Source: the human T2T-CHM13v2.0 reference genome, Homo sapiens. From it: a stretch of 64,000 nt of DNA. The notes below the pieces were generated by a model. That model saw only the letters and a program-made list of their open reading frames with translations. It was not told the DNA's origin and ran no database searches. Every line of letters begins with the position of its first letter. Positions within the stretch are counted from its first letter, which is position 1. Location: assembly GCF_009914755.1 (NCBI RefSeq), contig NC_060925.1; one strand, written 5' to 3'. The translations under genes and the position numbers were made by a program. This document shows, in pieces, positions 38,231 through 52,311 of the stretch.

Positions 38231-39127
38231 GAGCAGTTGGGATGATGTCAGATGTTGAACATGTCATTTATAATGTCAAATATCTATCCCAGGTTGGATT
38301 GTATTTGTAAACTACATGACAGCAGGATTTGATCTGAAACAGTGCTTGCTTGGTTCAGAATAAACGCTGAATGAATGAATATGTTGTAAGCCTGTTGATC
38401 CATGAATTCACTAATAAGCATCTGTGATGCAAAGCCCAATTCCTCCTGCTGCAAATCATGTCTGTCAATCTTAATGTGTACAGAAAATGTTTTTTAAAGC
38501 CATGATTTCATAATTGTAGGGTTCCAGGAAAACATCCTCTTGGGAGAGTCAGCAGCATTAAGGCATAGCAATATTTTTGTTCAGGATGCATTAGGTATCT
38601 CTGATTTTCCAATATCTTAAATGCTAGCAGCAGCTTCAGATATGAAATTACTTAGTAAGCAATTCTAATAGGAGAAACAAGATCTAAAAGAGAAACATAT
38701 AAGGAATCCTACTTCTGGCTCTCAATGGAAACTGGCATGAGTCATGCTAGCTCTAAAGAAATATGGTATCCACCACTGAAATCATGCAACAAAAGAAACT
38801 TAGCTGAAATGGTTGAATTGAGCTTTCTCAAAGGCCAATTGACCTATTTTGTCCGATGGTATGTGGAAAGAAATGATATACGCTACTTCCCAGCAGAAAA
38901 TTTCAGAGGCCTTATGTAATATATTGCCACATGGGGCTTTTTCTCTGTCACGAGGCCAGCAATATCCCAAATATGAGTGTTAGCCTGGGTCCCAGAGTGA
39001 AGAAGACATCTACCCAGCCCATTATGATAAAGCAGTACTAGCAAGAAATAAGCTAAGTCCTTGAGGACTTGGGATTGTTACCACAGCATGTGTAACCTAA
39101 GCTGACTAAAAAATTATAAATATTCTT

Positions 39128-39476
<349 letters not shown>

Positions 39477-41569
39477 TTAGGCATAAGAGGAAGAACAACA
39501 CCTTGCAGTCCCAGGCGCTTCCAGAGAGGCGAGAGCCTAAGCGCAGACACCACCTCCAAGGCATAGTTGGACACACTGGGTGGAAGGGCAAACACAGAGT
39601 AGATGCACAGTTCATGCTGGAACCAGATCCACAGTTGAGGGCCCAGGAATAATATGAAAGAAAACAGTATCTTCATGTGGCAGAAAGTGAATAACATTTA
39701 TTTTAGCATTCATTTCATCTAATCTTATTGCTCTTCCCTATCATAACCAACCCATTCCATAAGCCCTTCCTTAGAAATACATAGCTCTCTACCATCTGTC
39801 AGTACCTTAAAATCAATCAAATACCCAGTGGATTTTTATTTTACTTATTTATTGCTTAAAAGAATAGCTTTAGATTATGCATCTCAAAGTCTGTGGCATT
39901 GAGAAGTCACTGGCCTGGAATACCCTGCCACCTGCAAAAATCAACTAACCTATCTCACTTCAATCCATTTCAAATATTTAGTTTCTAATTAGATTTCATT
40001 TGTGAAAAGGGTTCTACAACCAAAAATGCTTAAAATTACTGCTTCTGACGAGGCCACGGGCTCATTTCAACTACTTTGAAATGATTATCATCAAATTCTG
40101 TGGACTCTGTTTTGGTCTGTCCTAATCTCAACCCTTCTTTTCAGAGCATGTGGCAGAAGCAGCTTCACTACAGAGATAAATATTCATGTGCATTGCATTT
40201 TGCTCACAGGCACTGTATAAACTATATTTAGAAGTCTGAATGTTGAGATGTACTGTGTCAACATTGAAATTTAATTACTGTGATGGACTTTAAATCCATG
40301 GACCTTCTTGCACTGCGGAGTGAATATTACCTCTTGTGTTTCTTCATTCTCCTTTACATTCCTATAGAAGAGGGTTGCAATCTGCTTAACTAGAACACCC
40401 ACCTGCCCTTCTCCTCCAAGTGAATGAAATGAACTCTCAGTTTTACGACTGTTTTATCTTTGTGTTGTGAAAAAGAAATATTGTCTTGCTAAACTCTTTG
40501 GACACTTCCCAATATGCACTATCTCTCTCCTACTCCTATTATCACTCATTCTGGTAATAAATGATAATGTTCATTGCTAGGATTTGTAAAGCACTGTCAA
40601 GTTAGCCCATTATTTTAAACTCAGGTTAAAGTAAGGATTTTAGATTTATGTAAGCCTGGTGCAGTTTCATTAAGAACCAAAGGCATTTTAATTTTTCTCC
40701 CTCTACCCAAGGGACTTTACACTTCTTAATGTGACATTAATCAGTGTTTTAATATTTCTTCAAAATGTATCTATTCTCTGCATGCTATTTACCGTCTTTG
40801 TCAAAGTCAGTGAACAGGAATAAAAAGTAACTACATGATATAGAAACTATGGTCTTCTTGGCCCTTGTGTAATAGCCAAGTGGATGCTGTTAAAAGTGAA
40901 TCTATCCATGGTGCCTTTCCTATTTCTGTACAGGGTTTTGATTTCATTTTAAATGAATGTCATAAACCCCAGGTCTGAAAACTAATAGAATTTTTGCATT
41001 TACCTACTGATCCATAACCTTTAAGTTAGACTGTGTGTCCATTTGCAGTCAGTTCGTTGGATGATGCAATGCTTTAACACTGAATGAAAAGATTTCTGCT
41101 ATATTCCAGACACCAGATATGAAGGCCAGTTTGGGTGGATTATTCTTAGAATGACTTTATATTAGTCCTGATGGGTAGTACAGAATAAGCTGTAGGAGCT
41201 AGCTACAGTCCCTTAAATGAGAGGAGACAAGGAAAGAGACGTGTTTGATAACATGACACCGACTCACTTTGGGAGGTGGAAGGCTAATTAGGAGTCCAGG
41301 GATTGGCAGAACATATTGTCTGAGTCCTGGTCAGTACACAGTGAGTGTGTACACTGTTGCTGACTGGCTGGTCCCCATGGAGACATTACTGCTCGATCAG
41401 TTCTCCTCAGCGCCTGTGTGTCCAGAGCTGTGACTGTGGCTTTGAGATGCCTGGCTGACGGGCAAAGTTCTCTAGATGCTGAGAGTCCGGCGAACATGTG
41501 GAGGAGGCTGCATTCTGCTGCCCGTCCTGGCCCTGGGCAGTGTGATGCAGCATATGCTTGCACACAACG

Positions 41570-41740
41570 AATCAGGTCCAAATCCCACTTCTAGGCTTAC
41601 TGGTTGAGTGACCTTGGGAAAATTATTTAATCTCTAAATTGGTCTCTTCATCTGTAACCTGATGTTGGTGTGAGGATTAAATATGATAATCCAGGAAAAG
41701 CATCCCGTCAAGTTCTGGGCACGTAATGGCTCTTGATAAA
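41570..41740 (+). mobile_element. MIR
   Basis: CAAATCCCACTTC..GTGACCTTGGGAAAATTATTTAATCTCT..CATCTGTAA..GTGAGGATTAAAT. Confidence 0.85.
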
Positions 41741-42538
41741 TGGAATTTAAAAGGAGAGCCTGTCCCTCAGGCAGTTCAAATCTGATCTAATGACTTCCAA
41801 TGGATCAAGAGACGTGGCATGTGGGTGGAAAAGCCTGAAGGCTGGGATTGGTGAGTGGGACGCTCAGGTTACCAACAGGTGTAGACAGGTCCTGCTACTG
41901 GCTGTGGCAGCACCAGTTCTCCATAAACATCCATCGGTTAGGATCCACCAGGCCTTGAGGAGAGTAAAGAGGGCACTAGGGGACCTATCCCTGGGAGACC
42001 TGGCATAAATCCAAAGGAGAGGAAGGTGGGAAACAGGGATGATGAACATACAGAGCACATGTTTCTTCTTTTCCATTTTTACCGGCAGCCAGTCTGCTCC
42101 TGACCAGACCAGATCTCAGCCTAGATCCCATTCCTCTTTGTACTGCATATTCCCCTAAAGACATCCTAAAAGAGAATGATAGACCCAGTGAATGCTTAGT
42201 AGCCACAGGTAGTTTTTTTGTTTGTTTGTTTAAATAGGGCCTGTCCAAAGAAATATCACTTAAAAAAAATAAAGCATTCTACCTAGTTTTTTTTTTAATG
42301 TAGCCATATCCAAATAAAGTGTATGATCCCTTCCCCACCTATCTCCTCCCTTTCATGTTTTCTTGGTTTCTGCTTTTCTACCACAGAAAACTCCAGTGTC
42401 TTTGTGCTACGTAGAACACAAGGGATGGGTGAATCAAAGTTGCTCAGAAATATAAGCTAAGGAAAAGAAGAAGTGAATTGAACTTCAAAACTAATAGCAC
42501 AAAAGTAATGCACTTGATATTTGCCATGGACAGGATAC

Positions 42539-43066
42539 TGTAAATCAGTGCGTGTGCTAATTGGCCATTTGCCTGTGTATCCTTAAATCCATTTCCCTCC
42601 CTTCCTCTACTCTGCTGTCAATCACAGGAAACACCATTTGGGGGCTCCCTTGACAACTAGCTTCTAGTAGTTTTGACAATCACGGGTACTAGCAGAAAAC
42701 TGTAGGATGAGGAAAGGGGAGAAGTCACCGTATTTCTCCCTCTGCCTTGGGGAGGCATTTCCAGCAGGAAGAAGCTGTGTCTTCTGTGGCTCCACTCCCA
42801 GTAGACATCCCTTTCCTTCATGGTCCCAGCTTCTGCCAGGCAGCCACTAGGCTCCACTTGTTCCAGCCTGAGTAACTGGTTTCTGGAAATACCACATCCT
42901 AGAAGCAGTGGCTTCCTGTTCTTATATATCTTTGAATTGCCTCCTCTGTCCCTGATTAGCTTTTCAGGTCATTTATCATCTATGTAACCAATTCCAAGTA
43001 TTAAATTTTCTCTGTTTAAAGCACTTAGAGTAGTTTTTATTTCCTGTGTAGATCCTGACTGATACA
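42539..43066 (+). mobile_element. ERVL solo LTR (LTR33-like)
   Basis: TG...CA termini. GGCTCCCTTGACAACTAGCTTCTAG, TGTAACCAATTCC..ATTAAATTTTCTCTGTTT and end CCTGACTGATACA. Confidence 0.75.
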
Positions 43067-44496
43067 CTGGTGATTTGAATCTATTCTGCTCAATGAATTA
43101 GTAGAATGGGAAAGTTAATGTATTTAAACAGCTATGTCTCTGTGCGGCTCTGAATAAAAACAAAAATGCATAAATAATGTACTAAGACATTTCATCACAG
43201 CAAAACACTGCTTTGGTTTCTGATATTTCATGCCATTTGCAAATATCTCCTTATTTGTTATTCTGGGGAGTTTTCATTAGGGCTAAACTATTTCACATGA
43301 CAAGTACTTTTACAGCAGTTTGCAAAAATCATGCACTTTCCCAGGTTAAAAAGAATAACCCTGAACTAAATTTTACCTTCACCTTGTGCTTCCTGACATA
43401 AGTCTCATTTCTAACCAACAGACCTTCCCAGCACCCTGGTGTAAAGGAATCTACCTGGCCCACAGGACAAACGTGCCCTGACCAGCTTTCCACGATCCCC
43501 TTCTGAGCTGAAAAAAAATGTATTAAGTGGTTAAAGAATAAAACTTGGTAATTCTTATAAGAATTCAGACAATGAATGGCTTATAAAATGGGCCGTTAAA
43601 ATAATTCATGTCTGAAATTCAGCATTAATATGATGCAACATGTCAGGTGGGGGAACTGACTCCTCAGAGCTCTACTCCTAACTGCTTGGCTACTTGAGTA
43701 ATATTAAGAGAATCCATCTGAAAGAAAGGGAATAGAAATACTGACTTGTTCTAAGGGTAGCTTAAATAAGCTTTGCAAATAGCAAGATCCCACTACAAGC
43801 AGATGAACTGGGCATTCAGATACCTAATGAGTTAGAAAGCAATTCTTCCTTGATACCCAGCACCCCTTCATGCATCTAGTTTTTGTCCATACCAAACTTG
43901 GGAAGTAGGGATCAACAATCGTCCTTACATTCTCCCTGAGAGGTGGGAGGAGGGCTCCAGTTCTGCTCTCGTAATCAATCCATTTTTTATTCAGCGTCAC
44001 CTTCTCTTTCAATGGGCTAAGTATCCTACAAACTGGGGATGCATCTTAATTAATTCTGGCCAGGTTCAATGGCATTTAAGAGCAGGATTGGCAAGTGGCC
44101 TTGAAAATGTGCTCAGTACAGCCAAGTTGTACCCTTGAGGACCTCTATACTTAAGATGTACCTGTGTTTCTGCTCCCCATCAACTGGGATCCATAGATCT
44201 CTCTTTGTAATCAAGACCCATACTTTACTGAGGTTCTGAGCAGCTGCTCAACGTGACCACATTTCATCTGCCATTACTTTTTAGTGTCTTTTAATATGAA
44301 GGAATGCATTCATTCTGTAAGAAAAATGGGATTAGAATTTTAGGAAGGCTCTCAAATAATGCAACAATAAATTCTTCAATACCCAGTTGTCAGATGTTTC
44401 AGTAAATTGCAAATATCAGATTACTTTTTAAAAATATTTCAAACACACACTTGGAATTAAACAAGAACCATATATTAGAAAAGGAAATAAGCTTAC

Positions 44497-44587
44497 CTTT
44501 TCTATTGTAAGACTCCAAGCACCCACATGGATCTTCATGGTGGAGATTTTAACAACACTGCTAATACTGACTTACTTCCAATCAGAG
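44497..44587 (-). other. Candidate antisense exon (91 nt)
   Basis: Minus-strand acceptor TTTGTCTTTGTTTGCTCTCTCAG| and donor AAG|GTAAGC in unique sequence. Prediction only. Confidence 0.35.
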
Positions 44588-44919
44588 CTGAGAGAGCAAA
44601 CAAAGACAAACTCTCTATGGATGTACTCATTTTTTTAAACCCATATTTAAAATTAATAATTTTCTTAGGCATTCAATGTGAATAATAAAGCTGAACTCAT
44701 TTATTTAAAGTTGTAAATTTTTAAAATAGCTCTAAATTAGTTCTCTGTGATACAGGAAACCAGCATGCAGAAAGCCAGTAACTGCCTCACTGTTTCATCC
44801 CTAACTGTGGGATCTTGGGCAAGTTACTTAATTGTACTTGTGTCCATTTTCTCTGGAAAGTGCATATGATAACAGGGCTCACCTTGGTTGGTTATTATGA
44901 ATATTAAAGTAGATGATTC

Positions 44920-46530
44920 ATTTGATTATTATTCAATAAATATGCATTGAGAGTCTCCTGTGTAACATACATGGAGCTTGCCCTGTTGAACTTATGGTTT
45001 GGAAAAAGAAATAGAAATTAATCAAAGAATAATATAAATAAGTGTAATTATAGCTAGATAAAAGCTACTAAAGGAAGATATTTGATGCTCTAAGAATACA
45101 TGACAGGAGACTGCACTTAATCTGTGATGATAAAGGTTAGGAAAGGTTCCCTAAAGAAATACAAAGGAGATATGAAAGATTGGTAAGAGTTAACCAGGCT
45201 GTGTGCGTATGTGTGTGTGTGTGTGTGTCTCTGTGTGTATGTGTGTGTAGGGGCTGGAGTGGACATTTCAGGCAAAGGGAATAGCTGGCATATATACCCA
45301 GGTTTCCTCTGGAAATTCACCACCCTGAGGCAACCACTGTTAGCCTCCCTTCCAGTTATGTTTATCTTTTATTTTCAGCTAAATAAATTTTATTTTGATT
45401 CAAAAGTCTGGGGAATTACTTTGACATTAGGTGTGTGTGTGGTGGAGGGTCCTCTGATGATGTGCCTGTATTTTTTCCAGAGAGCCCAGGGCAAGTGTGT
45501 ATGATGCAGATTTATCCTGGACATACATCATGGGCACATATTATCATTCATTCAGAAAATATTTATATATTTATCAGGCACCTGCTTCATGCCTTGCATT
45601 ACCCTAAACACTGAGGATAAAGATGAATAAGACACAGGCTCTGTCTAGGACTTTAACCCTCAGTTGAGTGAGGGAAAGAGATAAGAAGACACATATTTGT
45701 ATTATGCCACATCAGAGTTGTGTATGTGAGGTAATAAATTCTTGTAGCATGGAAAATGGCCTGGCTGCCTCTACCTGGGAGGGCCATGAAGACTACACAG
45801 AGGAGGTCATATGTGAGCAGAATTTAAAGGAAGCCTAAGAAGGACGTTCCAGAAGAACATGTACTAGGGCACCTCATCTATGTCCCTAGGACCTAGAAGA
45901 AGAGTGCCTGGCATGTCATACCTCAATAATAAATATCTATCTAATTTACAATTGGCACGGAAAGAAGTTCTGTGAGTTATTCTGAGTGGATCAAACATAG
46001 CATGCAAGTAAAGGGTCAACCTGCAGAGAAGTGGCCAGAAATGTAAAGAGAGATAAAATTGTGAAGATGTTCTTATGTAAGGTGAAGAATCCCAGATTTG
46101 ATTCCCTAGTTTAAGTGATGGAAAGCAACTGAAGCCTTTTAATCAAGGAGAATGACATAATCAGCTTTGCTTTATAGAAAACTCACTGTGTCAGCAGTTT
46201 AGGGGATGGAAAAGTGGGAGAAAAGACTTAAGCCAGAGAGATCGTCAAGAAGAGATTATACTTGTCCAGAACAGAGATGATGAGGTTTGGAGGGAAGGAA
46301 GATGGAAAGAATGCATTTCAGAAACATTTTGAAGTAAAATCCATCAAGAATACATGGGATTAAGGAAGAACAAAGAGACGGGGTGATGAAGAAATGTTTC
46401 TGGCCTACATGACTGCTGACACCATTCATTGAGATGGGAATACAGAAATGAGAAAAGGGTTGAGAAAATGCAAGATCACTTTGGGGCATGGTATGGATAA
46501 GGTGCATGGGTGTATGCATGAGGGAACTGT
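44920..46530 (-). mobile_element. Cluster of L2 fragments (with a MIR at ~44750-44920)
   Basis: ATTCAATAAATATGCATTGAG and CATTCATTCAG..CACCTGC antisense L2 tails, with purine-rich L2 bodies. Confidence 0.65.
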
Positions 46531-48597
46531 CCTGATGGAGAGACCACTGGGCGTCTTATACAGATTTGGGAATCATAAAATTGCTTCCCAGGAGAAAACA
46601 GAGAAGAGAAGGCACCCAGAAAGCATTTGGAGCCCCTGACCCTGGCTCTATCACCGCCCACTCCTCTTCACCTCAGACTTCCTGGTCACTCCTTCCTACT
46701 CACTGAGGGCCCTGTGGACTGGCTCACATTTCCCCACTGCCCAAATTCCTGCTCTTGCTCAGCCGTTCTCCCTTGACAAACTAGCTATCATATCAGGTAT
46801 TGACCTTTTCAGGACAAGAAAACCAGAATAAATGCCAAGAGACATCTTGCCTTCTCTAGCATAGCATTTGGGGACGCAGAGGAGAGGATGTGTGCCTTAC
46901 ATAACTTGGAATGGTGGGGAGTGAAAAATCTTACAGAGAAGCCAAAGACTATTTTATACAAATCCACTTTTAAAAGGGGAATTCTTTTCCACATACAAAG
47001 AACCAGAAATACTCATTTTGTCCTCCTTTTTTTTTTGTTTAATGTATATGCACTCACAGTTGCTAAGAATTAATACTGAAAACATGATTTTTTCTAAATA
47101 ACTCCTTGAGAAGGCACTTAAAGCCTCCATTTGTTATCCAAATGTAACATGAGGACAAGAACAGAAGAATTATTTCATAAAGAAAATAATCAATGAATCA
47201 TTTATCAGTTTTCCTACCCTTTGTATGACAAATTGTAATTAGTATGATGTCTTTGTTGGCAAGTGCTTATCAAACAAAATGCAGTACAGAAGCAAAGGAA
47301 GATTCTGTAAAGAACTGTGTTGTTTTGAAGACCTAATTGTGATGTTATCTCTGGAATTTTCTGTGATTACATTGTTAATTTTTAATCTGGTATCCTTAAT
47401 AGCAACAAGGTTATTAGCACCTACCTAGAGTTCTGAATGCCCACATTAGATAACACAATCTTGGCATGGTGAACCCTTGGAAATAAGCATTTGCCTAAGA
47501 TAGAAAAGAGATTCAGAAAGCTCTGATGGCCTTGGACAGGGCAGAATTTTGAGAAATTGAATGTGGCAGAATAAAAAGAGGTTTTATCAAGCATCTTTCT
47601 AAAGTGCTTTCATAAATTTTCTCTTTGGTAAAGAATGTACCACACCCGATCAAGAGTGTTAGAATTGCTTCTCAGACACTTTATCTGAAATTCTTTACTC
47701 TACTTTCCCCAAAGTTTGTTTTCACTCCAATAATTAATTTTTGAGTGCCTACTCCTTGTGATACTTGTTGGAAAATCAAAGATAAATGGGACCCAGTCTC
47801 TGCTTTCAAAGCACTCACACTGGCATCTAGTGGGAACACAGGCCTGTAAACAAATGGTTTCAGTATGATGTAAGAAGCATACTGATGTGGCGATCATAGG
47901 AACAGGGATGGCAGAGGAGGGAGACCTACTCATTTGAAATAAGCCACCTACTCATTAATAGAATCTCTGAGGATTACTACGATTCCCACAGAGCCCATCA
48001 CAAGTAGCATGAGAAAGACCCCAGGGTGGAAGGGGGCCCTTGTGCTGCCCCTTCTCCCCTTATTTAGTCAGCATGGAGCCCCTGGACTGGCTTTGAACAT
48101 GGCTCTGAACAGGGCTTAGGGGATAACTTTCAGTGACTGCTGAAATCCAGTCATATGACTATGTGATTTTAGTCATGGCTCGTGGAAATAAATATGCTTT
48201 TTTTAGGAGTATAAACGTAAAAAATACTAACAAAAAATGAAGCTATTTCTACATATCCAGAACTATTTTTTTTAGAGACATAGCAGTCTCATCAGTCAAT
48301 ATTACAAATATGACATTCTTTTATTTCCATCTGCAAAATTGTTCATGAATAAACAGAAAAGAAGAATACACCTCATCTACCCAACTCTTTAAAGGTTATA
48401 GCCTGCTCTTAGAAACATGTTTGTCCCTTATCTCAATACCTATATTGACTTTCAATACCTTCTAAAGAACCAAAGGTCTCTAATACCCTCTTGTTCCTCT
48501 GTTTTCAGAGGATGTGTGTTAACAAATTTAACTGTGTAATAAGTTATTCTTAATTACATTCGGATATTTTCTCCTCCTAAAGGAAAACTAAATAACA

Positions 48598-48703
48598 ATA
48601 GATAAATAGATGGATGGATGAATGGATGCATAGATTAGCTAGCTAGCTAGCTAGGTGATAGAATAGATAGATGTAGATAGATAAATACATAGACAATAGA
48701 TAA
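48598..48703. repeat. Complex tetranucleotide STR (GATA/GGAT/AGCT)
   Basis: Directly visible in the sequence. Confidence 0.9.
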
Positions 48704-49070
48704 AGCTGCTCCTTTGGGCTCTTTAACCTCTTTGATCATCTTTCAATAAACTATGTTACCACTTAATTAGCCTGAATGAGTACCTATTGCAATGCTGATT
48801 CTTGATTTTATTTATGTGACCACTCAACAGATATGTCTAGATATATAAGAGAATATAATACACCATTCCTCATCTGTCTACAGCCTTTCCAAGGAGGTAA
48901 TTGATCATAGTATAGATAGTGTTGCACTGTATCCCACATCCTGTTTTCCCTATTATTAGCATTTTACATTAATATTTTTCATTTGTCACATTGATACATT
49001 ACATTATTATTAACCAAAGTTCAAATTTCATTGAAATTGTCTTAGTTTTTCAAAAAAAGGAGAGCTGTTT

Positions 49071-49520
49071 TGCCAGGTATGTCCTGCAGACCCTGGCTGA
49101 GCAATGGATGAAAGGGGTACTCAGACACAGGTATACAGTGTAAGAGCAGCTAGGGGACTGCTGAAGAGTGAACAGTCTCGATAAGCTGGGGCTCCTTGCT
49201 TTTGTTTAGTACAGACATAATGCCGAAAGCCTGAAGCCAACACAATCTGTGGGTAATTAACATTATTGTTCCTCCTTTCAGGGAGCAGTCTTGTGCTGGC
49301 ATGGTCAAAGGTCAGTTCCTGGTTAACATAAGTAAACAAGCCTGTTTACGCTAAATTCCCCTACACTTCCTTGTACCTACTCCTTGCCCTCTGCCTCAGG
49401 GTAAGAGAACAGCTGCCCTCAGCTTATTCTCCCCCAAAGCTATGCAGAGCCTTCTGACCTTTCAGAAGGTTTGCACCCTTTCCCTGTAATTTCTCCCACC
49501 ACTCTGACTGATCTCCTGCA
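49071..49520 (-). mobile_element. Solo ERV LTR, LTR22A-like (HERV-K HML-5)
   Basis: 450 bp with TG...CA termini. Antisense start TGCAGGAGATCAGTCAGAGTGGTGGGAGAAATTACAGGGAAAGG matches my recall of LTR22A. Flanks CTGTTT and ATGTTT form a near-perfect 6-bp TSD. Confidence 0.8.
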
Positions 49521-51957
49521 ATGTTTAACTGGTGTTATATTCTAAGCTTAATCGATTGCACACTTAAAATGTTCAGAAAACACTCAGGATAGTGGACAAG
49601 AATCATTTCAAGTCCCTGAAACCTCAAAGTCTTTAGCATATACTAACCTTCAGGTCTACATACTGATGTGTAATTTTCAATGCACTGTCAATAACTATCA
49701 ATAACATCATACACACGCACACACACACACACGGCCATTTTGGATTTGATTTTTACATTGCAGTTACATATATAAAAGTGAAGTTATAGATTTTAAACAT
49801 TTGCATATTTCTTAAACTTTCTTTTTAAGGATATATAGATTTGATCTCTCTTTTACCCTCCCCACCAAATAATGGCCCACTTGACTTAGGGCAATGGGGG
49901 TGTCCTGTAGTTGTTTATTATGAAGAAGTTGTTCTCAGGCCTGGAGACATGATTAGAACCAGCTGGGGAAATTGCTTTTGAGTAGCAGTGACTGAGTTTT
50001 ACTCAGGGGATGCAGCTTTAATTGATCTGTGCAGTCCCCTCATCCCATCTTTTTATAAGCTCCCCAGGTGACTATAATGCGCGGCCAAGGCTGGGAACCA
50101 CTGCATTGGAAAATGCAGAATTTATCTCTTTAATTCAGACAAACATATGAAATGTGGACCTTGTGTATTAACATGAAGCCTGGAAGACTGCTAGAAAACT
50201 CTTCGACCTCCTGCTTTAGCTTTGTTTCCCCTTTGCACTCAAGCAGAATTAATTACTTCCTACCTAATAACGTAGTCATGCCTCTTTTATTTTACTTATC
50301 ATGTAGAATTATAATTATTTTTTCAGTGCCTGTCTCTCCAGTTAGACAGTTGGTTTCCGAGGCCGAGATCATGTCTTGTTTATGTGAAATAGCCTCAGCT
50401 TTTAACACAATTCTGGCACATAGTAGTTGCTCAATAGGTATCCTAGAAAGGGAAGGTGAGCATAAATCAGAAAAAAGATATAAAGTGTAGTTTAGTATTA
50501 ACTGAAAATAATTTCTTCTTGGATAAGCACTCACTTCTAACTACAGGAAATGTAATGTAGACAAATTTGTATTTTCTTGTATTCTGATCTTCGTCAGAAA
50601 TAATGGCAGCTATCAATTTTTTTATTTAAAGAATTTAACCCAGCATCTCATTTCGGGAAATAAAGCAACATATATTGAGGTAGGGATTGCTAACAAGTGA
50701 ATGGCTAGTTCTGTTAAGCCATAATAAAATTGAAATAATATCAGCCTGGGACTTTTCTCTACATTTCCTATGTCAGAACATTTGCAGTAACTGTTGCTAT
50801 CAATGGATCATACTCTTGACCAGCTGGGATTGTCTGAGTTTCCACACACAAAGAGATGGATGGGATGCTATTAGTTAGTCTCTTTAGACCTGAATTCAAT
50901 TTTGATTGAACATGTTTATACTTGTGAGCTTATAATTATCCTTGAGTTCATTTTAAGAGATGGTTTTAAAGATTTCTTTTTTCCCTTCTCACTAACTACT
51001 GCTGTGTTTTCAGAGAGATTTACTAGCATAAAAGATTTCTGGGGACATTCATAAAAGGGAAGAAAATCCATAGTTTAGTCTGAGTCTAAAAGCATAAACC
51101 AGAGGGGATGCCAGGCATCTTTCTACTGAGTAGCTTCCCCGTTGATCAATGTTAGGAAGCTTGCTAATGACACTCTCATCCAGAACTTTTGGAGAGTAGG
51201 GAGAAACTAACAAAATAACAGAGAGCCGAGGAATTCCACTTTTACTAATCATTCATTTTGAATAATCTCACTTATTTACTCAGTAAATATATGTTGCTTG
51301 CTTACCATATATTTATTTCAGTAAGTATATGTCGCTTGCTGGGTCCTGGTAATGACAGTGGTGAGTTTCCTTCCCTTGTTAGTGGGATCTACAGCCACCT
51401 ATAACTTAAGATTCTCCCCCACACAGCCCAGACATACACACAACGCTAAGATCTGAATGCCTGTGCCCCCAAAAATTCATAAGTTGAAATCCTAACCCCC
51501 AAGGTGATGTGAAAAATGTACCAAACCCTGTCCAGAATTTTGGAATCGCCTCCCAGATACTTTATCTAGAGACTCTTTGTTCTACTTCCCCACAAGTTTT
51601 TCATTCCAGTATTTAATCATTGAGTGTTTCTGCTTGTGATACTTGTTGCAAAGTCAATGATAGTCAAAGAAGTTCAAAAATTGGTTACTTTGGACTTAAC
51701 AAGCAAATGCACTTCTAGGTGGCTTTTGAAAACCAAAAGTACACCTAAGTAGAGAGCTTCTGTTTTTTATAGTGATTATATGAAGAGTAATGGGTGAAAA
51801 GCATCAAAGCTGGAATTGGAGCTCTGGGGTCTACACCGTTTCCAATGAATCATTCCTAATGTGATGCTTTCATCCATGCTCTTGGCTCTGTCTGGGATGT
51901 CTCCTCTCCGCCAGGCCCTGATTTCAGTCATCCAGGCCGAGTTTAATTATGTATAAC

Positions 51958-52311
51958 TGTCTTCGTTTATTTGGGGCACTAAAACAAAAATAACAAAAAT
52001 ACTATAGACTGGGTGTCCTAAACACCAAAAGTTTATTACTCACAGTTCTGCAGGCCGGGAATACCAAGATTAGGTTATCTGCAGATTCTCTGGTGAGGAC
52101 CTGCTTCTTAGTTCACAGACAGCATCTTCTTGCTGTGCCCTTCCATGGTATAAGGGGTAAGAGAGCTCCCTGAGATCTCTTTTAGAAGGGCACTAATCCT
52201 ATTCATGAGGGCTCCACTCTCACAGCCTAATGACCTCCCAAAGGGCCCAGCTCCAAACACCATCACGACAACATATGAATTTGTGGGAGATATAAACATT
52301 CAGCCTATAGC
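51958..52311 (-). mobile_element. MLT1A-type MaLR solo LTR
   Basis: AAATACTATAGACTGGGTG..CTCACAGTTCTG..GGGCACTAATCCTATTCATGAGGGCTCCAC..AAACATTCAGCCTATAGC. Confidence 0.9.
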
